Below, one piece after another: positions 1 to 11,701 of a DNA stretch of 64,000 nt. Origin of the DNA: Octopus vulgaris (Eukaryota); contig OX597815.1 in assembly GCA_951406725.2 (NCBI GenBank), positions 43,834,001 through 43,898,000 on the forward strand, given 5' to 3'. A program made the position numbers and the translations under genes. The notes under the pieces were generated by a model, which saw nothing but the letters and a program-made list of their open reading frames with translations, was not told where the DNA came from and did no database searches. Each line of letters begins with the position of its first letter. Within the stretch, counting starts at the first letter, position 1.

Positions 1-319
1 TAGGCAGAGAGCGAAGCGAAGAGAGAGAGAGAGAAAGACACAGATATAGAGAGGCAAAGAGAGAGAGCGCATATGTGTGTGTGTGTGTGTGTGTTTATTT
101 AAAAGAGAATTAGGCAGTGGTATAGAAAAAGAGTGAGAGGATGAGTAAATGGAAGAAAATATTAACAGAGAAAGAGAGGGAAAGAGTGAGGGTGAGAGTG
201 AGATTTTGAAAGAGAAGGGGAAAAGGAAACATAATAAAAGCATCAGAGTGAAGAGAGAAGGGGAGAGAAAGAGTAACATACTAGTAGAGAGGGGTAATGA
301 AAATGATGGCACCACCCAC

Positions 320-728
320 AGTAGGCGTGGTTTACTGATTAAAATTTGAGGAACGCTCATCACAACATTTATTTCATACGTTGCTTCTCAGCGAAGAAGC
401 TTGCCACGCAACGAGTACAAGGTAGACAAGAATTATATATAAACATATACGCTAACAATTACGTACTAAATTTTACTATGTACTGCTAATGATTGGAACT
501 ATTTAACGTCAAATTTATTAACCGAGGAAAAGGAATATATACAATAAATATATATATGTATATTATATATATTTGAAAAGACACCAATTGTAATATATGT
601 TCTACATACATGCATGTCTGAGCGTATGTTTACAAGTGAAAACAGATAATTTCTCATAGATAGGATTTGATATCTATCTATATGGAAATTTTGACAACTT
701 TATTTTTTTATTGGTGATTATTTAAACT
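320..728 (+). promoter_or_regulatory. Possible promoter/5' UTR of the host CKI
   Basis: GGCGTGG ~324, TATATAAA 436-443, ATTGG/CCAAT motifs, TGTTTAC 627-633; the TSS cannot be determined. Confidence 0.25.
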
Positions 729-2052
729 ATGAAGCTAATGGAAGGCGAATGCATTTATACTCCGGCCAGACCTAGCGGTCAGTTTCCGACACCTAATCGC
801 AGAATGCCACAAACTGTTATTAATACGGGCTCTAGCAGCGGGACCCGCATTGCTGCTCAAATTTTGGATCCTCGCCGTTTGTTAAAGGCTCGCCGAAAAC
901 TTTTCGATGGTGATTCTGAACCATCATCGGAACTGAATAATCCATCTGGGAAGACGGCGGCGGCAGCAGCGGCAGCTACAGAGAAGTCCGAAATCTGCCA
1001 ACGATTATTAGAAGAATGCCAAAACAAATGGAACTTCGATTTGGTTAATTGTGTACCACTGGAAGGTCGTTACGAATGGGAAAAAATGGAACCAGAAAAT
1101 GTACCAGGATTCTACTCGAGACCTTACACCAACCCCAAACGTCCTGTCCCAAACGTCCGAGAAAGTTATTCTCCAAATATGGTTGCCAATGGAAGTTACA
1201 GTAGAATACGATTCAGGGAAGACAGCCAGTCTAACGAAAGTACTTCTAGCTGCCTTCCTGGTATGGATGTTACAGTGCTTACTAAACTGAACAGCGGTAA
1301 TAACGACAATAACAACAGAAACAACAACATAGCTACCAACAACACTAAAGGTTGTGATCCCAATGATATTTATAATGTCCCTACTGCCTCTATCTCAACT
1401 TCTACTACGACTTGTGAACTGGAAAATACCAACGGTAAACAACAGGATATTACTGACGTGTGTAATGACAACCTTACACACAGCAGTACTTACTCTTGTA
1501 GTAATCGTAGTAGCAGTAGTACTAGTAGTAGTATTAGTAGTAATAATAATAATAATATGGGTAGTAGTATATTGTCTACGACAAACCGACAGAGAGGTAA
1601 GTCACCTCTGTGTTTTTCAGCTTCTGTGAAAAACGTAAACACTAGTAACCTACATGGATCTCACGAACAAGACAGTAATAATGATAATAATATTAACAAC
1701 AACAACAACAACAATAATAATGTTTTCTCTGGAAAGTCTGACACTTGTGATACACTAACCAATAGACTCAGCGAACAGCTGGACAATAAGCAATGTTCGA
1801 ATTTAACGGCAATCGATAAGGCCACCATTTCATTACCGTCATTATCATCGTCATCATCATCGTCCCCTTCCTACTCTTCATCAGCACCATCATCACCATC
1901 ATCTTTATCACCACCATCCTCATCACCACTATCCTCGTATTCTTCTTCTACATTACCTGTATCATCATCATCATCATCGACAACAACAAAATCCTACTCT
2001 ATGGAAACACTTAATGAGACGAAAACGTTGCCAAAACAAACCAAGATAGTCG
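729..2052 (+). CDS. CDKN1B: Cip/Kip cyclin-dependent kinase inhibitor (CDKN1A/1B/1C-like), coding exon 1
   Basis: The ORF contains a CDI domain: cyclin-binding ARRKLF (RxLF), CDK-binding KWNFDLVNCVPLEGRYEWE, and VPGFYSRP (cf. p27 LPEFYYRP). A long N/S/T-rich low-complexity region follows. A strong donor G|GTAAGT sits at 2052/2053 after KQTKIV. One-to-one orthology to a vertebrate paralog cannot be resolved, so the symbol is family-level. Confidence 0.93.
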
Positions 2053-2470
2053 GTAAGTCGAATTTTTAATTTATTTAATTATTATTGTTGATGTTGATTA
2101 TAATTTATGATAATTGCTTGTATTGTTAATTATATCGACCTGAAGAGATAAAAATTCAAAATAAAATTGGCCAAAGTAAGATTTAAAACCAGAACGTAAA
2201 AAGTCCGGATCAGACACCGCAATGTATTTTGTCCGAGGTTCTTAGTGTAGATTCAATGCGTGAAAGTGTCTAGTGTTAGCTCATATATGCATGTAAATGT
2301 GTATATATTTGGTACTTGCGAATGTATATAAACAAACTCTTTCTAATTGTTCCTTGCCTTTTTTGAAACACGAAACACTTTGCAGTAAATTATTATTTTT
2401 CTATGTTACTAATCTACATACGCTTCAGACAGACACACAGATAGACAAATAGATAGATAGATAGATAGAT

Positions 2471-2549
<79 letters not shown>

Positions 2550-3380
2550 GGTTGTATTCCTCGTTTTGCTTCATCAATACCATACCCGCCCACTTTATAT
2601 ATAGATTCGTGTCATGGATTACCTATTACACACACAGGCGCACACCACCCTTCTCCGTGAAGGTGAAGGGAACAGTCCTTCCCTACACACCACCATCTGG
2701 TCAATCTGTTACAGTTCATGTACGATAGAACAGAAGGTCAATCGTTTTCGTTCAACCTACTCGATTATGATTGATTGATATCTATCTCCCGATTTATTAA
2801 TATCCTACCGTCCTAGAAAAAAAAATTGAAGGGATTTATAAAAGAAAAAGAAAACAAAAACACATTGGATTTGTGTCGCAGTATGGCTGGTAGGTACACT
2901 TACGGAAAAGACAGACAGAATGGCCCCAGCTGCAGTAGTATCGTCGAGGAAATCCCGTTAGTAGAAAATTAAAACATTGATGCCGTCTCGCGAAAATAAC
3001 ATCCTAGATGAAATAACTGCAAAAAAAAAAAATTGAAGCACCAATGTTACTGCTGGTGTGTAAGAACGTAACCATTACTTTTTGCTTCTGTTGTTGTTGT
3101 TGGCCCCTATTGTAATCGAGCAGACATTTAAGGCATTTTTCAAGGTGGTGTTTTTCAGAGTGGGGTTCCATCAAATAATATATATATATATTTTTTTTTT
3201 TAATGGAATCGAGCACTTGGTTTTAATGAATTTCATTTTATAAATATGTATTTTAAAATAAATTGCTAGTTGACCTTTTCAAACTTAATATAAATTACAC
3301 GAAATTTTCGCTTTTAGGAAATATATATATAGGCTTGTGTACACACACACACATACATACATATATACATGTATACATAT

Positions 3381-3450
<70 letters not shown>

Positions 3451-4004
3451 ACGAGAGATAATGTGTTTTATTGATATTACATTGCCAGCCTCTGCGACCC
3501 ACCTTCCAAAATAGATGTGGGCTACAGCTATTTTCTGGGAAATATTTACAAGGGTTCCGTAACGAGCAAACTAGTTTAGGAACCGCTGCCTTTTAGGGTA
3601 TTCTCCCACGTCTGACCAACTGACAACGTTCCTCCCTTTTCAACATTTTCTACAGCGGCAAAGTTGTGATTCGAAATAAACTTCATTGCTATTTCTGGAA
3701 GGTCAACCCTTCCACGTAGAGGTTCCTTCTTTGGCATTATATGTTTCAGGGAAAGGAGTAATGACTAGCTGTAGTACTGTTGTTTTTCCCCCCCACTTCT
3801 TTCTCGTTTCCTTATACCTCTTTTTCTCTTCCCCTCTCCACCGTTTCACTTACTTACAACACACGCACACACACATTGTATTCTATGACATCTGATTGTG
3901 TGTGTGTGTGCTTGTGTACATTATTTCGTTATTGAAGATAGCATATATGAACGTAAAAACTATTAAAAAAAGCGATATATGCTATACACACGTACATATT
4001 GTGT

Positions 4005-4050
<46 letters not shown>

Positions 4051-4069
4051 CATACATACATACATATGA

Positions 4070-4246
4070 TAGACTTAAATGCAAAACTTTTTGTGTATAT
4101 ACAGATTACAACTATTAGTGTTGATTATGCGTGTGTGTATGTGTATGTGTATAGATATACACACACATAAATAGATAGATAGATAGATAGAGATTTGAAT
4201 GCAAAACTGTGTGTATACAGATTACAATTTGTGTTGATTATGCGTG

Positions 4247-4302
<56 letters not shown>

Positions 4303-4348
4303 AAATAGAGGCTTGAGTGCAAAAAAATTGTGTTACAGATTACAAACA
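4070..4348. repeat. Three diverged ~60-bp direct repeats separated by microsatellites
   Basis: tgcaaaa..tgtgt..acagattacaa recurs at ~4070, ~4190 and ~4310. Confidence 0.7.
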
Positions 4349-5989
4349 TACATACATACGGGCCCCGCCTTTTATCGGGCTAACAATTAATTGTACCTTC
4401 TCGGGGCCTACGATTAATTATATAATAATTATGCACACGTATATACGCAAACAAAAATTGCATATATTGTTTGTGTGTGTGTTTGTGCATGCATTCATGT
4501 ATGTATGTTAATGTTCGCAGTTATGGAAGTAATTAGTCATATATATAGAGAGAGATAGAGAGATAGTCATATATATAGATAGATATACACATACACACAC
4601 ACACATAAATACATTTTGTGTGTATGTTTGTATGTACTGTCACACACACACACACACGCACGCACACACACACATACGTACGCACACACACGCTACATTT
4701 TCTCTTCCACCCAAGGTTACTTTTTTTCTGTGTCATCCAGGCTTTACAACTCGCTGTGTGCACTATTCGTATAGTAAACATTGTAGTAGCATAGAGTAGT
4801 ATATACACACACACACATTTATTCACGATCAAGTATCGTAAAGTTGTATGTGTATATATATATATATATATATATTACTAATGATATTAATAATAATTAC
4901 TGGTTATGATTATTTCAAAACCTTTTTTTCTTTTTCGACCGATAACGTCTTTTTATAAGTCTCTATAGTAAATATTGCTAGCGAGTAGTTACTAATTTTT
5001 TTTAATATTTTTTTTTTTTTTTGCTTTTTTATTGATCGATAGAAACCTAATATCCAAATTTCATCAATAATCCTTATAGATTTTAAAAAGAAAAATAGAT
5101 TTGCGTTCATTATTATTTTTGTTAAGAGAATACTAAACTTAAGAAAAAATACCGAAATTTGGGCTGCTTATTATTTTGTGATGTTTTGCGTACTGTATGT
5201 ACTACTACTAAAAAATTTTCTTAGTTTCAACTACTACTAGTACTACTTACTACTCGCATCTATATGCGTGTGTAATAATATGTGTAAGAAAATCGTTTAT
5301 GTTAAGCAATTTACTAAGTGCTACAACGTTGTCGTATTGGATTTTGTGTTTACAAGACCGAGGGGTGGGGAGCAGCATCCCAATATTCACAGTAGTAGTT
5401 GTATTTTTTTCCCCCTAGTTCTAGACATAGACACGCTGTGAAAATGGGAGCTTTTTGGATAGGTACAACTCCTCTCTCGTCGATATCAATGTTGAAATTA
5501 TTAAAATTTTTTTAAAGCTATCGTGATTATTAATAATAACTGCAAATATTTTTATGCTATGCATGTAGTTTTATTACTAAAGTATGCATGCAATCTGTAT
5601 GCGCATGCATATTCTGCACACACACACACACACTGTACGTATACACTCAAAATCTGCAAGTGCGTGCTTAATATGCATGGTATGCGCGCACTATTTGCTA
5701 ACACTATAATTATTGTGCGATACGTAGAATGCATTAATTGCAATAAGCAGAGAAGCAATATAACGAATATATATGTATGTAAAAATTAGAACTGGAATGG
5801 GATATTTGCAGTAAGAAACTACAGAATACATATGGCGTCTATATAAATGCAAGGAATTAAGAGAGGAAGGGAGTAAAATGTGGATTAAGTTTGTTGTAGA
5901 GTGCCCGAGTGTGTGTGTGTGTAATGTCGAAAGAAAACGACAGAGTATAATTGTAAAGGGGGTAAATGCGAGAGAGTAAGAGTGCGACT

Positions 5990-6090
5990 GACTGACGTAT
6001 CGTGTTAGACGCCAGTGCGTGATGGGCGGAGCTTATTTGGCTTGACTTATAAATACTGAGCGAGCGCCCAGCCTGCTACTTAGTGACTTG
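5990..6090 (+). promoter_or_regulatory. Core promoter of the nested gene (CRE-like, GC box, TATA, Inr-like)
   Basis: TGACGTA 5993-5999, GGGCGGAGC 6024-6032, TATAAAT 6048-6054, and CTACT/TTAGT initiator-like motifs ~30-34 nt downstream of the TATA; locally CpG-richer than the flanks. Confidence 0.65.
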
Positions 6091-6742
6091 TTCTCAAGCA
6101 GACTACTGCTCTTGCGACCCGTTATGAGCGTCACAGTCGAGACGAATTTAACGTTACTATTACTACTATCATCAATATTGCAATCGTCATCTTCACTTCG
6201 ACTGTTGAACAACCTAACTGAAGGGAAACTAATGACTCTCAGTTTCTTTAAAGTTTTTGAGAAACTAAAACGGAATACTTATTCGTGTTCGGCAAGCGAT
6301 TTTAAGAATATAAGGCGTTAGTAAATAACTCTATATGCCACCGTGGATTCCTTACCACAGTCGTCACATCATTAAACAGATACATCATCACATCTAATTT
6401 ACAACACGAATTTTCATCGAAATTTCTTTTATTTCTGAAAACGATCGAACTTACTATTACGAGAAAATCACGGAAAAAAAAAAAAGGAAATTATTCGGAA
6501 GATTATCTTTCTCTCTTTCTCGCGCATTCTATGACTCATACACATACACTGTGTTTATAACAATACACACACCTACTGAATCACAATTAACAGTACAACT
6601 TCGATTATTTTTATTTTCTCAAACTTTTTTACAAAACGGAACGGATATAAGAAGCGACTAAATTTAGATTTGGATTCTTTTGTTGTTGTAGTCAACAATT
6701 TTCCATCATTATTAGGATTTTTAAAAGAAAAAATATTCCAAG

Positions 6743-7411
6743 ATGTCAAAGGTAGCAGTAAAACGCCCAGCTCAGTATTGCTTAACGTTCGACGATGACA
6801 ACTGCAGACCGAAGCGCTTTGACAGTAATATTGCGACGGAGAGAGACACTGGTCGACAATATGAGCAAGATTTTAACAACAACATTTACAAAAAAGCTCT
6901 CGAAGATTTGATAGTTGCGGAGCTCAAAAAGAAACTCGAAGAGGAGGCACGCCGTTTTAAAAAGAAGTGGAACTATGATTTAACAGATCAGAAATTCCTG
7001 TCTGGTGACTATTGTTGGGAAGCAAAATCTGCCAAGTCCTTTCCAATATCTTACGCTAAGCATTGTTTTTATTCGTACTACGGAGCTCAGCCGCTGTACC
7101 TGAACAGTGATGAGTCGGGGGTGGAACCTGACTGCCATTCAAAATCTTATGACAACAACGATAGCGGAACTGTTACACCACAACAAACTACTACAACTGT
7201 TACTACTACTGATGTACTATCATCGAACGACGAAATAGCAACAGAAACATTAACAAATACTAATGATACTCGCTCAATTGGAAATCCTGTAACTACTATT
7301 TGTAACGAAAACGCGGAAAACGCTGATGGCTCCTTACGCTTAATACCTATAATTTGTTACAAACCCAGGGATTCAGAAGGCGATATTCTTGATCGTCAAA
7401 GGCCAAACTGA
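6743..7411 (+). CDS. Intronless divergent Cip/Kip (CDI-domain) protein, 222 aa, nested in intron 1 of the host CKI
   Basis: Uninterrupted non-repetitive ORF with a good start context (aagATGt). It has a CDK-binding segment LEEEARRFKKKWNYDLTDQKFLSGDYCWE..FPISY, a degenerate cyclin motif AQYCLTF, a T/N/S-rich tail, and a promoter upstream. Confidence 0.85.
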   Translation: MSKVAVKRPAQYCLTFDDDNCRPKRFDSNIATERDTGRQYEQDFNNNIYKKALEDLIVAELKKKLEEEARRFKKKWNYDLTDQKFLSGDYCWEAKSAKSFPISYAKHCFYSYYGAQPLYLNSDESGVEPDCHSKSYDNNDSGTVTPQQTTTTVTTTDVLSSNDEIATETLTNTNDTRSIGNPVTTICNENAENADGSLRLIPIICYKPRDSEGDILDRQRPN

Positions 7412-8644
7412 GAAGCTTGAACATAAGTTGTATTTCAACAAATTCTGTCCTGCTGAACATATTCTTGATATATATATATATTGTGTGTATATATATATAC
7501 CGTCCACTGAAGAATCTGTCACACACACCTTTGTCCCTACCTCTTCGATTCGCCACCTCTATCACGTTTCAAATTGTATTTATTTCTATTTATTGATCAT
7601 CATACAGCTATCATGCCTGAACTTTATCCAATTTTGTTTTCTTCGATGAAAAAGTTCATATTTATTTAATTTATTTCTGAATAACTTTAAGAGAGAGAGA
7701 AAAAAAAACTCTTTGGACTTATTTTTGGGCGAAATTCCACCCGCCTTTTCTGGAAAGCCTTCCACGATCTCAAAAACAAAAAAAAAGTAACTTGATGATG
7801 TGAGGGTGGCTAAGCTTGTTTTGTCTTCTTACCGCTTTCCCCCGCTTCCTTCTTTCCTATGTGTGTAACTCGTTCGCTCCTTTTCTATAATATTGTGATA
7901 ATGAGTTCAAAAGTGATCGTGTACGAACAGTTTATATAACCCGTTATCATAACTGCTCGATGTTGGCAGCAGGATTTATATCCGACTCACAAAATATACA
8001 TCAAAATTGATCTCGTTTAAATAGAAAGAAACAAGACGAAACAAAACAAAAAAAAGGCAACAAAACTTCGCTTGATTATAAATTAAATATGCAGCACAGA
8101 AAAAAAAAATGCTTAAGGAAAAAAACCTCCGACGAGGCTGCATATTATTCTGATCTCGAGACTGCAATGTATAAAAATTGTCATTTACTAAAAAAAACAG
8201 AAATGATCGAAGTAAAAGATTCCCAACGGTTAGTATGTAATTATGTTTAAGTACTAACGCGCATGACTGCTGAAATTAACAATATTCTCACTCTGACACA
8301 CACACTCACACACCCCTTTTACTCTGTGTATGTAAGCAAAAACATGGGTTGTTCAGCAAGTTGGTAGAAAAGTGTCTTATTAAAACGTCTCTTCGTATAT
8401 AGATTTGCAACTATTTAGTCTTAAAATATAACTACATGATTAGGTTTTTACTCCTCAATTTTCTTTTGAGAGTTGCGACCTCGTCTTTTCGATTACCACC
8501 GCCAGCCTGTTATTGGGTACCAAATACATATTTTCTCAGTTGATGCAATTTACATTATTATACAAATAATAACGGGTTTAGATACACTTCTTCCAACTAA
8601 AATACATTAATCACATCACAAATAAGCATGTATGTCTTTTTAAC

Positions 8645-8686
8645 ATCTTGTTTTGCCGATTGTGTATCTTGTTTTGCCGATTGCGT
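8645..8686. repeat. 21-bp tandem duplication
   Basis: atcttgttttgccgattgYgt x2. Confidence 0.85.
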
Positions 8687-8939
8687 GTCTCTCTCAAAAT
8701 TTCTTTAGTCTATAAAATATTGCAAATGTTTCTTAAATTTCTAGATTTTCGTTCGGAACTACTACTTATTGTTTTTTCATTTTTATATATGGATATTGTT
8801 TGCTTTATTGCTTTCTAAAAAAACAATTAGTCTAACGGTAGTATAGTAACAATCTGTCTAATCTTCAAAAAACAAAACTGCTTTTTCTGAAACTTTTCGA
8901 TAATTACAAATGCCAGAAAATGTTCGTAACCAGAATGTT

Positions 8940-8975
<36 letters not shown>

Positions 8976-9779
8976 TGTGTGTAAAGACAACAGATTTGGA
9001 GGGAGGCGGGGGCTTAATGTCAGTTGACAGCAACGTACTTCCTTGTAACTAATTTAAAGGGGTCAGACCTTGTTATATATATAGTTTTACTCTGATTCTA
9101 TACGAGTTTACCCTTTTTAAAAGTACAAGTCGTCTGTGGAATACTCGGCCACTTGCACTACTGTTATATAATTGAGTACGTTCAATTTGTTCGAACAACT
9201 GGAATGCTTCATCATCGAAACTGATGACAATAACTACATCCATCATACATACCCCTTAAATTGATATTTTAGCAACAGTAATAGTTGCTATTGTGGTGTG
9301 GGAAGCTGTCTGTGTGTGCCTGTGCGTAGTTTTCCAGACCTTGCCTCCTTTCCTTGTGCACATTGTGTGTGTGTGTGCGCGCCTCACACACACACACACA
9401 CGCACTACATAATAAACACACATCTGGAACCGATGGAGGTTGTGATGAAGTAATCAGGCTTATAGTAACTGTGTGTACTAAACGTGATTTGAGGAGGGAG
9501 GGAAAATTTGTATTACGAATTTTGTTGAATTCAAAGAGTTTTTAGTACGTCAACTACTTTATATTACATGTTCAACATAATATTGTGTTCTTTAAAGGCA
9601 TTGTAAAACAACAAATTAATACCTTTTATGACAGATTTTATCAATATGTGAAATACGTGTTACGTGTTTGTATCTATCTTCACAGCTCGTCCTATCGAGG
9701 TTATTTATTGGAATCGATGAAATTCCTTTTAAAAATATGAAGCCTTGTGCTTAAATTGGAAACTTATTGTTAACACAAT

Positions 9780-9975
9780 TGTTAAACCGTCGGACAAAGA
9801 TATTTAGAAGCATTTCGACTTATTTTTAGGATTCTGAGTTCAAATCCCGCCGAAGTTGTTGACATTTTATCCTTTCGAAGTCGGTGAAATAAAGTAGTGG
9901 TACCAAACAAACACCCAATTCATGTAGTAGTAAATCGACCTTCCTCTAAATTTCTGGCCTTGTACCCAAACTTGT
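9780..9975 (+). mobile_element. Diverged SINE family B copy in intron 1
   Basis: B-box gagttcaaatcc plus tttatcctttcgaagtcggtgaaataaagta, similar to the 30581-30813 copy. Confidence 0.65.
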
Positions 9976-10299
9976 AAACCTCAGTTGTATATGATGATGT
10001 GATGCGTTAGTCATCATTATAACCAGGCTCGTTCCCCATATCCCTCCAATTCTTTCGCAGCGTGGATATATAATCCTAAATGCGCGCGCGCTTCTTTTCT
10101 CTCTATCGCTTCTCTTCTGTTGTTAATCCAAACAATTCCCCTTCCCTTTCCCGAAACAAAAAAGAATTTTGTATTGTGTAACAAAATAATTTCATTATTA
10201 TTATTATAAAAAAATATTGTAATCCAATAATCTTGATTTATTTTACTGCAAGTTTAGAATAAAAATTAAAAGTAGACACTTTTTTTTACTTTTTTGCAG

Positions 10300-10376
10300 A
10301 TTTTATGCCACACAGAAAGCGAACGCTATCTTATTGCCACACTGGAAACAGAGAAAAAAAATTAAGGAAAGAATAA
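10300..10376 (+). CDS. CDKN1B: Cip/Kip CKI coding exon 2 (PIP-box half, basic NLS, second RxL)
   Basis: A polypyrimidine tract ends in TGCAG at 10299. The phase-1 join gives KQTKIV-D-FMPHRKRTLSYCHTGNREKKLRKE* (TAA 10374-10376), which aligns with p21 QTSMTDFYHSKRRL. A donor GTGAGT follows at 10411. Confidence 0.88.
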
Positions 10377-10410
10377 AAAGAATCAACCCCATATTGCTGT
10401 AACAATCAAC

Positions 10411-11701
10411 GTGAGTTTTGTTTTTGTTTAAAAAAGCATTCAACTTCTTTTAGCTGCTTTGCTCGAAGATCTCCGAAGGATGCGATAATCTTAGTTTAGT
10501 TATCTCCCTTGGTATTAATGTGTGTGTGCGTGTGTGTGCTTCATATTATAATATATCGTGTGTAGAATAGATGTACGACTGCTTTAGAGCCACGTAAAAT
10601 TGTCTCCCGTCTGCTTCCAGCGTAGTGTTTTTTTTTTTAGCTACGACTAAATTCTGGATGTACAGAGCAAAATATAGGAGAAATTACGATAAACATAAGC
10701 TCAAGTTTATTATATGTCCTTTGTTCTTTCGACGTTTCACCGTTGAACTCTTCATTTTGCTCTTCCGAGGGAGGGCACTTTATTTGTTATTATTACATTA
10801 TGTTTATGGCCGACACTTAGAAATAAAAATGCTTGTATAATATAAACTATCATAATACGGACTAATTAGATCCAGCAAGTACTCGCACGAAGGAATCCTC
10901 GTAAAAGCGTGAATGCTCAAATCCCGTATGAAATGTCGTTATCGCGAGACTTTTTATGTAGTCTTTTATTATCTCCCTTACTTTTCCAGAAAGTTATTTT
11001 CTCTACTAATTTCTGATTAATGTATAAATGCATATTGTATTGTATTGTGTTGTATAAATATAGTGTAGTGCGTGAATTATATTATGAGAGAGAAATGCAC
11101 ATAGGTACAATATATGTCGATGCAAAATCTAACGCCATAGGTTTTTTTTTTTTTTTACATATATAGTTAGTCTCAAAGTAAAATAATAAATAGTACGTAT
11201 TGTTTTTCTCTCGATTATAAACTATAAGATCTCGATTTGGAGATCTTTTAGAAATTAATCTAGAGAGATCGTATAATAACAGTCTACATTATAATAGAGT
11301 TCATATGATATGATATAAATTTATTTTGCTATGAGGTTGTACAGGTGGGAAAACTTGCCATGTTATCAGTTTTCCTAGTCAATTTAGTTACGGCATATCT
11401 ATACTATACAACTAACCGTTTTCTCCCCGCAAACGGTCCAACTTCATTTCCGGCCAACTCTCAGAAAAATGAATATTTTTTTTCAAATAAAATTTTCCGT
11501 GAAGACGCTTCAGATTGTATAAATAGATTTGAGATTGTATTGGACTTTGCAGGGCGGGGACGACACTTGTGTAATATGTGTATACCTTGGTTACCTAGTA
11601 AAATAATTCCTATTATATAGTATGCCTGTCTTAATTAATTAATTACCTTTAAATTTTGCATTTTAAAATATTTATTTTATTTCTATTTTTTTTTATTGCA
11701 G
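10411..11701 (+). other. Probable intron 2 (in the 3' UTR)
   Basis: GTGAGT donor 34 nt after the stop; a long T-rich tract ending ttttattgcAG at 11701. Confidence 0.65.

Larger units (their letters stand above)
2053..10299 (+). other. Intron 1 of the CKI gene (GT-AG, phase 1, ~8.2 kb), hosting a nested gene
   Basis: GTAAGT at 2053 and tttttgcAG ending at 10299; the join is in frame and rebuilds a conserved motif. Confidence 0.85.

Noticed and set aside
605-620. p53 response element (CATG cores)
   Set aside because: Only an imperfect half-site in AT-rich DNA.
1440-1463. Internal PIP-like QQDITDVC
   Set aside because: It lacks the aromatic pair and the +4 basic residue.
729-2069. 446-aa single-exon ORF as the complete protein
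   Set aside because: Its last codons run through a consensus donor, and splicing to 10300 rebuilds a conserved PIP motif.
6743-7411. Nested ORF as an alternative first coding exon splicing to exon 2
   Set aside because: It ends in its own stop, lacks the Q-x-x-I half of the PIP box, and shows no good donor before the stop.
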